A stretch of DNA of 64,000 nt from a virus, in IMG/VR virus record IMGVR_UViG_3300037859_000002, positions 1 through 64,000 of that record; one strand, written 5' to 3'. The position numbers and the translations under genes were made by a program. The notes below the pieces were generated by a model. The model was not told the origin of the DNA and did not search any database. It saw only the letters and a list, made by a program, of their open reading frames with translations. This document shows, one piece after another, positions 1-8,657 of this stretch; the stretch's first letter is position 1, and each line of letters opens with the position of its first letter.

Positions 1-1407
1 ATGAGCAGGATCGCGGGAGGCCCGGTCACGGGCGAGACCCTGATCGCCTGGGGGTTCAAGCCGGGCAGCTGGTTCAAGGCCGCGATCGCTCGCGCTGAAA
101 CCCTGCGTGCGCAAGGTTCCGACGACGAGCAGCTGTTCGCTGCCCTGCAGGCGATGATGCCGGTCGAGGCGACGCTGCGCACCAACGGCCTGGAATACGG
201 CATGTTCCTGGATGCGGAGACCGAGCAGGAGCGTGCCAACGCAGCCGCCGTGCAGCAGCACATGGATGCGCTGATGCGCGTGCCGACGATCGTGGGGGGC
301 GCGGTGATGCCCGATGCCTGCCCTTCCGGCACCGCCATCGGCACCATCCCGGTGGGCGGGGCGGTGGCGACTCGCGATGCGATCCATCCGGGCTTCCACT
401 CCGCCGACATCTGCTGCTCGATGGCGATCAGCGTGTTCAACCGGCAGGACGCGCCGGGGAAGCTGCTGGATGCCGTGCAGGCGGCGACGCATTTCGGACC
501 TGGCGGCCGCGCCCATGTGCTGCAGCCGCCCGCCGCGCTGTTGGCGGAAATTGCGACAAACCCGTTCCTGCGCGGGCTGGAGAACCTGGCAATCGGGCAT
601 TTCGGCTCGCAGGGCGATGGCAATCACTTCGCCTACGTGGGCCAGCTGCGCTCCACCGGCCAGCCGGCGCTGGTGACGCATCACGGCTCGCGCGGGTTTG
701 GCGCGCAGCTGTTCAAGCGCGGCATGGCGGTGGCGCGAAAGCATACCGCGATCGCAGCGCCCCGCGTGCCGGAGCACAGCGCCTGGATCGACGCGAACTC
801 GGACGACGGGCGCGCCTATTGGCAGGCGCTGCAGCTGGTGCGGCGCTGGACGCGGGCGAACCATTACGCGATCCACGACCTGGTCGCGGCCGCAGTGGGC
901 AACCGCGTCGCCGACCGGTTCTGGAACGAGCACAATTTCGTCTTCCGGCGCAGCGACGGCCTGTTCTATCACGGCAAGGGTGCGACGCCGTCGTGGCCGG
1001 GTTTCTCCGAGGACGATGACGGCCGCACGCTGATCCCGCTGAACATGAGCGAGCCGATCCTGATCACCACGCACCGCGACCGGAAGGAGGCGCTGGGCTT
1101 TGCGCCGCACGGCGCCGGCCGCAACATGAGCCGCACCCAGCACCTGAAGTCCGGCGACCCGGTGCAGGAGCTGGCGGGGCTGGCGGCGCGGGGCCTGGAC
1201 ATCCGGTCGTTCTGCGGTCGGCCGGACCTTTCGGAACTGCCGTCGGCGTACAAGAACGCGGCCGCGGTGCGGGCACAGATCGGCAAGTACGCGCTGGCGG
1301 AGATGATCGACCAGGTCGAGCCCTTCGGGTCGATCATGGCCGGCGACTGGGAGTATGACGCGCCGTGGCGCAGGAAGAGGCGCGCGGCGGTCGCGGGTGA
1401 GGCCTGA
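1..1407 (+). CDS. rtcB: RtcB family RNA 2',3'-cyclic phosphate/5'-OH ligase (host side of att)
   Basis: RtcB motifs MPDACP..IPVGG, SADICC, GDGNHF, HHGSRG, NEHNF, HGKGA, PHGAGR, ELPSAYK. Confidence 0.93.
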   Translation: MSRIAGGPVTGETLIAWGFKPGSWFKAAIARAETLRAQGSDDEQLFAALQAMMPVEATLRTNGLEYGMFLDAETEQERANAAAVQQHMDALMRVPTIVGGAVMPDACPSGTAIGTIPVGGAVATRDAIHPGFHSADICCSMAISVFNRQDAPGKLLDAVQAATHFGPGGRAHVLQPPAALLAEIATNPFLRGLENLAIGHFGSQGDGNHFAYVGQLRSTGQPALVTHHGSRGFGAQLFKRGMAVARKHTAIAAPRVPEHSAWIDANSDDGRAYWQALQLVRRWTRANHYAIHDLVAAAVGNRVADRFWNEHNFVFRRSDGLFYHGKGATPSWPGFSEDDDGRTLIPLNMSEPILITTHRDRKEALGFAPHGAGRNMSRTQHLKSGDPVQELAGLAARGLDIRSFCGRPDLSELPSAYKNAAAVRAQIGKYALAEMIDQVEPFGSIMAGDWEYDAPWRRKRRAAVAGEA

Positions 1408-1463
1408 AATGTTGGCAGCTTGAAGCCAGCGGGACGTTCAGCTATCACCCGCGCCTGCCTCGT

Positions 1464-1540
1464 GCGTCCGTAGCTCAACTGGATAGAGCACCAGACTTCG
1501 GATCTGGGGGTTGAGGGTTCAAATCCTTCCGGGCGCGCCA
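1464..1540 (+). tRNA. tRNA-Arg(TCG)
   Basis: Cloverleaf GCGTCCG..CGGGCGC-G-CCA, anticodon loop CTTCGGA, T-loop TTCAAAT. Confidence 0.95.
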
Positions 1541-1576
1541 AGCCTGCGGCACGTTCCGGAATGGTCGCTTGGCGTT

Positions 1577-1653
1577 GCGCTCGTAGCTCAGCTGGATAGA
1601 GCACCAGACTACGAATCTGGGGGTCAGAGGTTCGAATCCTCTCGAGCGCGCCA
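1577..1653 (+). tRNA. tRNA-Arg(ACG); probable prophage integration site (attL)
   Basis: Cloverleaf, anticodon loop CTACGAA, TTCGAAT, CCA end; integrase gene ends ~200 nt downstream, convergent. Confidence 0.95.
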
Positions 1654-1847
1654 ATCCTTTCAATCAGTTGCCGACATTTTCCAGAAATTCTGGTGCTTCG
1701 TTTTCCAGTCGTTTTCCAGATAGTTTCCGGGCCGGCAGACTATGTGACAATCGGCTGTGCCGACCACACGGCAAGCACACCGACGCCCCGACCCTGCCCG
1801 GGAATTCGTTCCGTTTTCCAGCCAGGGTGGAAAACGCCCGCAAACCG

Positions 1848-2888
1848 CTATTTCAGATGACGCATCCCAGCCAGGGCCATCAGCCGATTTCGGGGGATGT
1901 AGACCTCGAGGATCCGCATCGTCGTCTCGATCGTGTGTCCCGAGATCGCGGCAATCTGGATCGGCGTGGCCCCGCCCTCGGCCAACCGCACCATGGCCGT
2001 CCGCCGCAGATCCCGGAACTGCAGACCCGACTTCGCCAGCCCCGCGGCGTCAAACACCCGATCCCAGGCCCGGTGGAAGCTCCAGCGATCCATCTGCAGA
2101 CCCCGGGGCGAGGGCAGCAGCAGCTCTGCGGCGGCCCCCTTGGTGCCCAGGGCCTTGAGCAGCCGCTGGTGGACCGGCACGTCCACCGGCGCCGCGGTCT
2201 TCGCCTGGAGCAGCCGGATCCACCAGATGGTGCGGCCCTCCTCGCGGGTGCGCACCATCTGCTCCCGGCGCATCGCCAGGATGTCCGACAGCCGCTGGGC
2301 CGTGTATGCCCCCAGCAGCAGCGCCAGACGCATCAGCGGCTCTCCCTGTGCGTCTGCGGCGGCAAGGAAGCGCTCCTCCTGCTCCATGGTCCACACCTGA
2401 TCGCGGGCGCCGATGCTGGGCAGCCGTACCTCGAAGAGGCCGCGCGGGATCTCGAGGTCGATCTCGCGCATCGCGAATCGCAGCAGCAACCGCACGACGA
2501 CCAGGCGGTGGCGGGCCTTGTGGAGATGGCCCTGGTCAACGATCTCGTCGCGCAGCTCGCGCAGCCACTGGGTGCTCATCAGCACCACGGGCAGGTCCCC
2601 ATACACTTTTCTCAGGGGTTCGATGTGCTCGCGGTAGAACGTCTGGGTCCGCGGTCGCCGTGCGGTGAAGTCAGGGTGGGCGTAGTAGCGCCTGATCAGG
2701 TCTTCGAAGGTGCCGCTCTCTGGCGCTCGGGCCAGGCGCTCTCGGCGGCGCAGATCCTCGACCACGGTGGCCCGAGCCGCCGGGTCATCGGGCAGGCGTC
2801 GGCCGGTTGCGCGGTCATAGAGGTAGGCGCGCTCGGTGCCGTCGGCGAGACGGCGGCGAACGAGCTTGATGCCCTGGTCACTGTGCAT
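1848..2888 (-). CDS. int: Tyrosine recombinase / phage integrase
   Basis: TAQRLSDI (R), FRDLRRT, ISGHT, C-terminal Y; position beside tRNA. Confidence 0.92.
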   Translation of the reverse strand: MHSDQGIKLVRRRLADGTERAYLYDRATGRRLPDDPAARATVVEDLRRRERLARAPESGTFEDLIRRYYAHPDFTARRPRTQTFYREHIEPLRKVYGDLPVVLMSTQWLRELRDEIVDQGHLHKARHRLVVVRLLLRFAMREIDLEIPRGLFEVRLPSIGARDQVWTMEQEERFLAAADAQGEPLMRLALLLGAYTAQRLSDILAMRREQMVRTREEGRTIWWIRLLQAKTAAPVDVPVHQRLLKALGTKGAAAELLLPSPRGLQMDRWSFHRAWDRVFDAAGLAKSGLQFRDLRRTAMVRLAEGGATPIQIAAISGHTIETTMRILEVYIPRNRLMALAGMRHLK

Positions 2889-2922
2889 GACCAGGAGCGT
2901 GGCACAATGAAATGTGGGTGGA

Positions 2923-3495
2923 CTAGCGGCGCCCGAACACGGTGATCAGGCGAAAGCGGTGGTTCGTCGAGCGGACCATGCCGATCACCGCCTCGATCGC
3001 CCACTGGTCCTTGCGGTACATCGGCAGCACCTGGTCGAGCCACACGACCCTCGCGCCCGGCCGCAACCCCTGGGCCAGGGCGCGCAGCACCAGGTTCCGA
3101 TTCACCATCGACGTCTGGTAGCGCTCGGCATCCTCGATCGAGTAGGGCGGGTCGGCCAGGACCAGGTCATAGTCCGCCAGGGGCACGCCCTGCATGGAAT
3201 GCGCATCGGCCACGAAGGTCGGGTCCACCTCGGCGCGAAGATCCAGGGTGTCTCCGGCGAGGGCCTGGGTTTCGACCCGCCCGCTGAACAGGTGCAGAAC
3301 GCGCTGCCGGTCGGGGAACAGGGCGGCGACGCGGCGCAGGTAGCCGGCCGGATAGCCGCCGTAGTAGCCGCTCTTCACGCGATAGTCGTTGCCCATGATC
3401 CAGGTGCCGACCACGCGCCCGTCGCCGGCGACGAACAGGCTGCGCGGAAAGCCGGTGACGCGGTCGTAGTTTTCGATCCGCGCGGGCCAGTCCAT
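2923..3495 (-). CDS. Putative amino-DNA methyltransferase-like protein
   Basis: VLHLFSG SAM-binding-like motif and ADPPY catalytic motif. Confidence 0.65.
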   Translation of the reverse strand: MDWPARIENYDRVTGFPRSLFVAGDGRVVGTWIMGNDYRVKSGYYGGYPAGYLRRVAALFPDRQRVLHLFSGRVETQALAGDTLDLRAEVDPTFVADAHSMQGVPLADYDLVLADPPYSIEDAERYQTSMVNRNLVLRALAQGLRPGARVVWLDQVLPMYRKDQWAIEAVIGMVRSTNHRFRLITVFGRR

Positions 3496-3800
3496 CAGGC
3501 GGCGGCCAGGCGCTCGCAGAGCGCATAGCCCTCGAGGTGCCAGAGCTGCTTGATCGCGTCCTCATAGGCATAGCGCTCGCCCACCTGGGGATCGTAGTTG
3601 CGCGGGTCGGCCGGGGCGGCCTTGCCCAGCACCATGAACCCGTTGGTCATCTCGACCACCGCGATCGTCAGGTGCTTGTGCCGCAGGTAGGTGACCTCGG
3701 CGATCTTGGCCTTCATGCTCTCGAGCGTCACCCTGGGGTGAACCTTCTCGGCCACGGTCGCCTGGGCCTGTTCCAGGGTCATGTGCGGTTGGTCGTTCAC
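3495..3800 (-). CDS. Phage Gp49/Gp66 family protein
   Basis: PRVT..LTIAV..NGF.V.G..A..DP.NYD..G...A...LW.LEGY pattern. Confidence 0.8.
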   Translation of the reverse strand: MNDQPHMTLEQAQATVAEKVHPRVTLESMKAKIAEVTYLRHKHLTIAVVEMTNGFMVLGKAAPADPRNYDPQVGERYAYEDAIKQLWHLEGYALCERLAAA

Positions 3801-4591
3801 GATGGTCCTCCTTGTTTCAGTTTCACCCAGCCCGATCCCAAATGTCGGCGCCGGTCGTCGTAGATGCTGGTCCAGCGGACCAGGCCCTCGCGCTCAAGGC
3901 GCTTCAGCACCCCGGAGGCAGCGAAGCCCGCGCCCTGGGCGTTGCAGAATCGCGCCTCAGGCCAGATGGCCTGGGCCACCATCGAGGCCACCGTCGGCTT
4001 CATGGTATCGAGGGTCGCCAGAGCGCGGTGTCGGCACGCTTCGAACGGCACCGTTTTCTTGACCCGGCGCACCATCAGAGTGCGAGGCGCAGCATCGTGA
4101 GCGCCCACATCAGGGCGAACCACAGGGTCCACCGTTCGACCAGCGCCAGGCGACTGCGGGCGAACCTGAGATCGAGTTTGACCTTCAGCAGCTCGCGACA
4201 CAGACCGTCGGACCTGCTCTCGCTCCGAAATCGCCACCACGAGTGCTCGACCAGGACGTTCCCGCGCTCATCGACAAGCTCCAGCCAGTCGAGGCGCTTG
4301 CCCTCGGGGGTCAGGCGTTGCAGCACCTGATTGTAGCTGTCCTCGTACAGATAGTCGGACACGGTCACTCGCCGCGCGCCGAGTGGATCATCTGGACCAG
4401 GTGCCGCAACAAATCCGATGCATCCTCGGCCGACATCTCGATCCGGATCCTTGTGAGCTTGTCCATCGGCCTGTCGGAGAGGTAGGCCAAGCCGAGCATG
4501 ATCACGCCACCGGGCTGGCCAGTCTGGATATCTGGGAGCCTGGCCGCCACCGTCAGCGGCCCCGTGTAGAGATCTCGATCGCCCACGGCGC

Positions 4592-4890
4592 TCAGTCCTT
4601 GAACGGGTCGATCTCGTTGGCGCCGGCCATCAGCACCGCCAGGGGCCGCAGCCGGTGCAGAACCCGAACGCTGTCCGCGTGGTGCTCCAGCACCTGGTCG
4701 AGCCTGCGATAGGCCATGGGACTCTCGTCGAGGCCGCCGCCGACCAACAGCACGCCGCGCGCCCCGAGCCAGGTTTCCATCTCGTCGCGGTCGAGCGTTT
4801 TCTTCGCCTGGAAGCGGCCCATGACGCGGCGGCCTGGGCCAGTTCACGGGCACGCTGTTCGTGGCGGTCGGCACGGCGCTCGAAGCTCAT
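4592..4890 (-). pseudogene. rtcB: rtcB remnant (C-terminal ~80 aa only; internal deletion/frameshift)
   Basis: 4592-4840 encodes GRRVMGRFQAKK..GGGLDESPMAYRRLDQVL..H..V.VLHRLRPLAVLMAG..DPFKD, an RtcB C-terminus; upstream ATG at 4890 is in another frame. Confidence 0.8.
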
Positions 4891-5333
4891 GCGCCCTGTT
4901 CCTCTGGCTTGTTCATCGCTCTCCGGATGCGCGCCTGACGCGGTCCTTCGTCCTGGTCTTCCTGGTCCGAGCCAAGCCTGAACTTCAGGCCCCGCAGCTT
5001 CATGTTGAGGTAGAGTTCGTGCGCCAGGTGCTCGGGCTCTTTCTTCATGTACGCGCGGCGCACACTCTCGGGGCTGTCGGTGATTGTGTCCTTGATCGCC
5101 TGCAGCACGATCCGCTCGGTTCGCCCCACGACCTTCATGGGCATCCCGTTCAGCCAGGCGTCGAGAGTTTCGGAGAGCGTCACCAACTGCGGGATCGTGA
5201 ACACCATCTCGAGATCACCGACCCTCAGCGCCGGGTGGTTGCCCGTCAGGGCGTCACTGTCCACCACCGAGACGTCTGCATTGCCGCGCCAGTGATCGTC
5301 ATCGGCTGCAAAATCAATGTAGATCGATGGCAT
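4887..5333 (-). CDS. Hypothetical phage protein
   Basis: ORF translationally coupled to neighbours. Confidence 0.55.
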   Translation of the reverse strand: MPSIYIDFAADDDHWRGNADVSVVDSDALTGNHPALRVGDLEMVFTIPQLVTLSETLDAWLNGMPMKVVGRTERIVLQAIKDTITDSPESVRRAYMKKEPEHLAHELYLNMKLRGLKFRLGSDQEDQDEGPRQARIRRAMNKPEEQGA

Positions 5334-5903
5334 CAGTCGCCGTCCTCACTGTCGGGTTTGCTTCCTTTGCTCGGGCGGATTTTCGCGCTGTCGGGAAGGT
5401 CGATCACCAGGGCCAGCGAGTAGCCGTTCTCGTGGAGTTCGAATTTCATCGGCCAGTCTGGAAACTGCTCATCCTCGTCGAGCGGCGCGACCCCGACGAC
5501 CCAGACGCCGCCGTCGATCTCCTTGGGCGCGTAGGTGCCGAAGACCTGGAGGCCCTGGTTGCCGAAATCCTCGATGACCCAGGCGGCCGTCTCCTGGCCG
5601 ATCTCGTCGCCGCCGCCCCAGCGACCGTCCTTCCATTCGTCATAGGCGAAGTTGTCGTCGGAGTAGCCGTGGAAACGAACGCGCTTGGTCACGGACGGGC
5701 CTCCGCTGCATCCGGGATGATTGGAAGCGAGAAGGCAGCCACGATGCTTCGGGCCATCCACTCGTCGAAGGCGTCCATAAGCTCGGCTCCGGTGATCATG
5801 GGCGCGACCGTCCTCACCTGGATCACGATCGGCTCCGGGAGCGCGGTCGCGGCGACCCCCACCAGGGGAGCCGCCGCGACACCAAGGAGAAGGGTCCGGC
5901 GCC

Positions 5904-7277
5904 TCATGCGCCGTCCCCCTGCTCATCACCCTCACGAGCGTCCAGGCCCTCGCTCTGCGCGATGTAGCGCAGCACCTGGGACGACCAGCTGTCCACCCGG
6001 TTCCAGCCATCGCGGTAGCTGACCCCGTGCTGGTAGGGCGCCACGTTGATCATCCAGGCCAGGCAGTCCCGCCCGGGCGGCGTGACCTGATCGCTCGTCT
6101 GCTCGTCGCTGATGACGATCAGCCGGCGAGGGCCGGTCTCCATCACCGTGCGCACGGCCTCACCGAGGCGGGTGCCGCCGTTGTAGTGCGGCGACTGGCG
6201 GATGGCGTTGAGCAGCTGGAATCCCGAGGGCGGCCGCTCGATCTCCGACACCCCGGTCCCGAACGCGAAGATCCGCGGCCGGTCGCAGAGCTCGCGCGCC
6301 GCCATCGCCACGCCCGCGGCCGCGTGCAGCCGATCCATCTTGGACCGGGCCGACACCGGGGTGCCGACCATCGACCCCGAAACATCGACCAGCACGGCGG
6401 TGGTGCCCAGCAGGCGAGGCAGGCCCGCCAGGGCACGCAACATCGCGGCCTCGAGCGGCACCGCATAGTCGGGCGCGTGCTGCCAGGCGGCCACGAACTG
6501 GAAGGGCCACATGCGCGCGAACTGCGCCTCGTCGATCGCGGCCGCCACCTCGGCGGTCGGAACCCCGGCCTGCTGCAAGTTGCGCAGGTTGCGCACCAGG
6601 GCCAAGCCACCGAGCTTGCGCTCGCGCACCAGCCGCGCCCAGGTCTCGCGCTTGGCATCCGGATCGGAACCGGCGGCCGAGATCGCGACCTCCCAGGTGT
6701 CGGGCACCGGCAGCTCGTCCTTCACGGCCAGGCGCCAGAGCGCAGCCTGCGCAGCCCCGTGAGGCTTCGCGTGGATCAGGCGCAGCAGGTCGCGCAGCCG
6801 GATCGCCGAGCGCGCGTGGTCATACTTCGCCAGCTGGTAGGCATCGAAGGTGCGGAGCGCCGCGGTCAGGCCCCGACGCATGGCGTAGGGCACCGGGCGC
6901 CGGCCGTTCTTGAACCACAGGGCCAGGACCTCGGCCGGCTCGTCGGCGCGACGGAGAACCGCGCCGAGGGCGCGCTCGCCCGCGGCCGGGCGCTTCTGCT
7001 CGAACAGCATGACCGCGAGCCAGAGGGCCGCGTGGCGGATGCCCATCTGGTTGCGTGCCTGCTCGGCGACGGCCACGACCTGGGCGTCGGTGCAGCGCCC
7101 GACCAGATCGGCCAGGCGCTCGGTGATCGCCACCCCCTCCTCGTAGAAGGTGTCCTCCCAGAGCATGCAGGTCATCACCGTGCGACGCAGTTCGTCGACG
7201 GCGCTGGCCCTGGTCGCGGGCGCGCCCTCGTGGGTCACATGCCTGTGGGTGTCGCGGACGGCCGTGTTGGTGCGCAT
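5904..7277 (-). CDS. rsr: Ro60/Rsr TROVE-domain RNA-binding protein with C-terminal vWA
   Basis: LWEDTFYE, FDAYQLAKY, LRDLLRLIHAKP, TWEVAIS, ALVRNLRN, VDVSGSM MIDAS, ISDEQ; start moved to MRTNT. Confidence 0.93.
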   Translation of the reverse strand: MRTNTAVRDTHRHVTHEGAPATRASAVDELRRTVMTCMLWEDTFYEEGVAITERLADLVGRCTDAQVVAVAEQARNQMGIRHAALWLAVMLFEQKRPAAGERALGAVLRRADEPAEVLALWFKNGRRPVPYAMRRGLTAALRTFDAYQLAKYDHARSAIRLRDLLRLIHAKPHGAAQAALWRLAVKDELPVPDTWEVAISAAGSDPDAKRETWARLVRERKLGGLALVRNLRNLQQAGVPTAEVAAAIDEAQFARMWPFQFVAAWQHAPDYAVPLEAAMLRALAGLPRLLGTTAVLVDVSGSMVGTPVSARSKMDRLHAAAGVAMAARELCDRPRIFAFGTGVSEIERPPSGFQLLNAIRQSPHYNGGTRLGEAVRTVMETGPRRLIVISDEQTSDQVTPPGRDCLAWMINVAPYQHGVSYRDGWNRVDSWSSQVLRYIAQSEGLDAREGDEQGDGA

Positions 7278-7340
7278 GATCGCGCTTCCCCCCAAAACAA
7301 GGCGGCCGGCTCCCCCGAACCGGCCTGACATACGCACGAA

Positions 7341-7405
7341 GGGCCGGTAGGGGACGGTTCGGGTCTGGCCTTTTACAAGAAGGAACCCGAGCCTGCGCCA
7401 AGCCC
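7341..7405 (-). ncRNA. Minimal Y-RNA-like hairpin 1
   Basis: GGGCTTGGCG..GGTTCCTTC..ACCGGCCC bulged terminal helix just upstream of ro60; same ends as the YrlA at 54062. Confidence 0.65.
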
Positions 7406-7447
7406 TTATCTGAAGCCGGAGGCCGGAGCCCCCTTGGAGATTCATCG

Positions 7448-7511
7448 CCGCCGGAAAGTATGTTGGACCGGTTTCCTATTTCGAGAAGTAACCGGTCTGA
7501 ACGCCAAGCGG
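7448..7511 (-). ncRNA. Minimal Y-RNA-like hairpin 2
   Basis: CCGCTTGGCG..GACCGGTTACTTC..AACCGGTC..TTCCGGCGG; same architecture as hairpin 1. Confidence 0.65.
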
Positions 7512-7529
7512 TCAGGCTCTATCTCACAT

Positions 7530-7889
7530 CTAAATGTGTTTGGCAAGCGCCTTTCTGTCGACCTCCTTCCATTCGGTGAAGCGCTGCATGCGCTCGCGCA
7601 GGTCGCCCTCGCCATACTTGCGGATCAGGTCCTCGACGCGTTTCCAGTTGGGCTGCGTGTGGGTCCGCTGCTCGATACGAGCGAGGGCGCGCCCGCGCAG
7701 AAACCCATAAGCCAGGCTGGCGGAGCGGGCCTCGCTGCGGACGTCCCGGGTGCGGTGATGATGGAGGCCCCACCAGACGTCGCTGGGGCCACCCCGGCCC
7801 CGGTTGCGATGTCTGGCCTGTTCGGCCCGGATGATCCTGGCCTCGGCGGCCAGGGACATGATCTTGATCTTCAGGTAGACGGTCGACAT
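7530..7889 (-). CDS. Conserved hypothetical phage protein (LKIK..LAAEARIIR..HR..VR.EAR..LAYGFLRG)
   Basis: Good RBS AAGGAG; recognisable phage family of unknown function. Confidence 0.75.
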   Translation of the reverse strand: MSTVYLKIKIMSLAAEARIIRAEQARHRNRGRGGPSDVWWGLHHHRTRDVRSEARSASLAYGFLRGRALARIEQRTHTQPNWKRVEDLIRKYGEGDLRERMQRFTEWKEVDRKALAKHI

Positions 7890-7963
7890 TGGTCGCTCTC
7901 CTTGAGGGTTGCATCGGCGTCAGTCGATGCGGAGAGCGGTGGTGCGCGGGCTTGCTACAGCAT
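7871..7963 (-). promoter_or_regulatory. Leader ORF M-L-amber-Q-A-R-A-P-P (readthrough/arrest peptide candidate)
   Basis: AGAGGA RBS, ATG CTG TAG CAA GCC CGC GCA CCA CCG, then hairpin GCATCG..CGATGC before next RBS. Confidence 0.55.
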
Positions 7964-7983
7964 GGTTCTGGTCCTCTGGTTGG

Positions 7984-8059
7984 TGGCGCCCCTGTCCGGA
8001 ATCGAACCGGCTCCACCGATTTTAGAGATCGGCACCTCTACCATCGAGGCTCCAAGGGC
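7984..8059 (-). tRNA. Amber suppressor-type tRNA (anticodon CTA), Trp-like
   Basis: GCCCTTG/CAGGGGC-G-CCA acceptor, CCGAT-CTCTAAA-ATCGG anticodon arm, CCGG-TTCGATT-CCGG T arm. Confidence 0.8.
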
Positions 8060-8078
8060 ACTATTCAAGGCCTATCGC

Positions 8079-8163
8079 GGAGGGTGGCGCCCGTGGCGGG
8101 TAACTGGTCCTGAAAACCAGGCCATCCGAGAGGATGATGGTTCGATCCCTTCACCCTCCGCCA
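8079..8163 (+). tRNA. 8/4 allo-tRNA-like tRNA, anticodon TGA (Ser)
   Basis: 8-bp acceptor GGAGGGTG/CACCCTCC, G73-CCA, CTGGT-CCTGAAA-ACCAG, long variable arm CATCC-GAGA-GGATG, short imperfect T stem. Confidence 0.7.
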
Positions 8164-8381
8164 GACGCGCTCGCCCGGGTGACGCCGAGCTTGGCAAGCT
8201 CATCGTCGAGGGCCGCAACCTGGCGAGCCATGATCTCGATCGCTTCGGCGCCAGGCATGATCACATCGACCTCCGTCTTGTCGTTCTCGGACAGGAGGTG
8301 CCTCACCAGAGCCTGCCTCTCCGTGAGGTATCGGTGGCGCGACAAAAGCCGGGCGGCCAGATCCAGTTCACTGTGGTCCAT
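8151..8381 (-). CDS. Small hypothetical protein (paralog of 8368-8616)
   Basis: RBS GGAGG; C-terminus QVAALDDELAKLGVT. Confidence 0.6.
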   Translation of the reverse strand: MDHSELDLAARLLSRHRYLTERQALVRHLLSENDKTEVDVIMPGAEAIEIMARQVAALDDELAKLGVTRASASGGG

Positions 8382-8616
8382 GGTGGTCCTCCTGTGTCGG
8401 CGCGTCGGCCTTGGTGATGCCAAGTCTGGCGAGCTCTGCATCAATGTCGGCAATCTGGTCGGAGATGATCGCGAACGCTTCGGCGCACCTGACGGCCACC
8501 AGCATGATGTTCTTCTCCGACCGGGCCATCATCGCTCTTGCGGTCTCTCTTTTTTCTGCAAGCATTTCGCGCTGTTCAGACATGCGCACAGCGTCACGGA
8601 ATTCTTCGTAAGTCAT
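8368..8616 (-). CDS. Small hypothetical protein (paralog of 8151-8381)
   Basis: C-terminus QIADIDAELARLGIT. Confidence 0.55.
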   Translation of the reverse strand: MTYEEFRDAVRMSEQREMLAEKRETARAMMARSEKNIMLVAVRCAEAFAIISDQIADIDAELARLGITKADAPTQEDHHGPQ

Positions 8617-8657
8617 GAGCGGTTGTCCTGAATGATGTGTTGAGGGGGCCGCGCCGA

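Noticed and set aside
1600-1700. Exact att core
   Set aside because: attR is not in the window, so the duplicated sequence cannot be delimited
7278-7445. N-terminal extension of Ro60 given in the ORF track
   Set aside because: Region is structured RNA; homology-like sequence and an RBS begin at MRTNT (7277)
7984-8163. tRNA-Pyl / tRNA-Sec or genome-wide stop recoding
   Set aside because: No pyl or sel genes; the second anticodon is UGA (Ser), not UCA; core phage genes have no in-frame TAG
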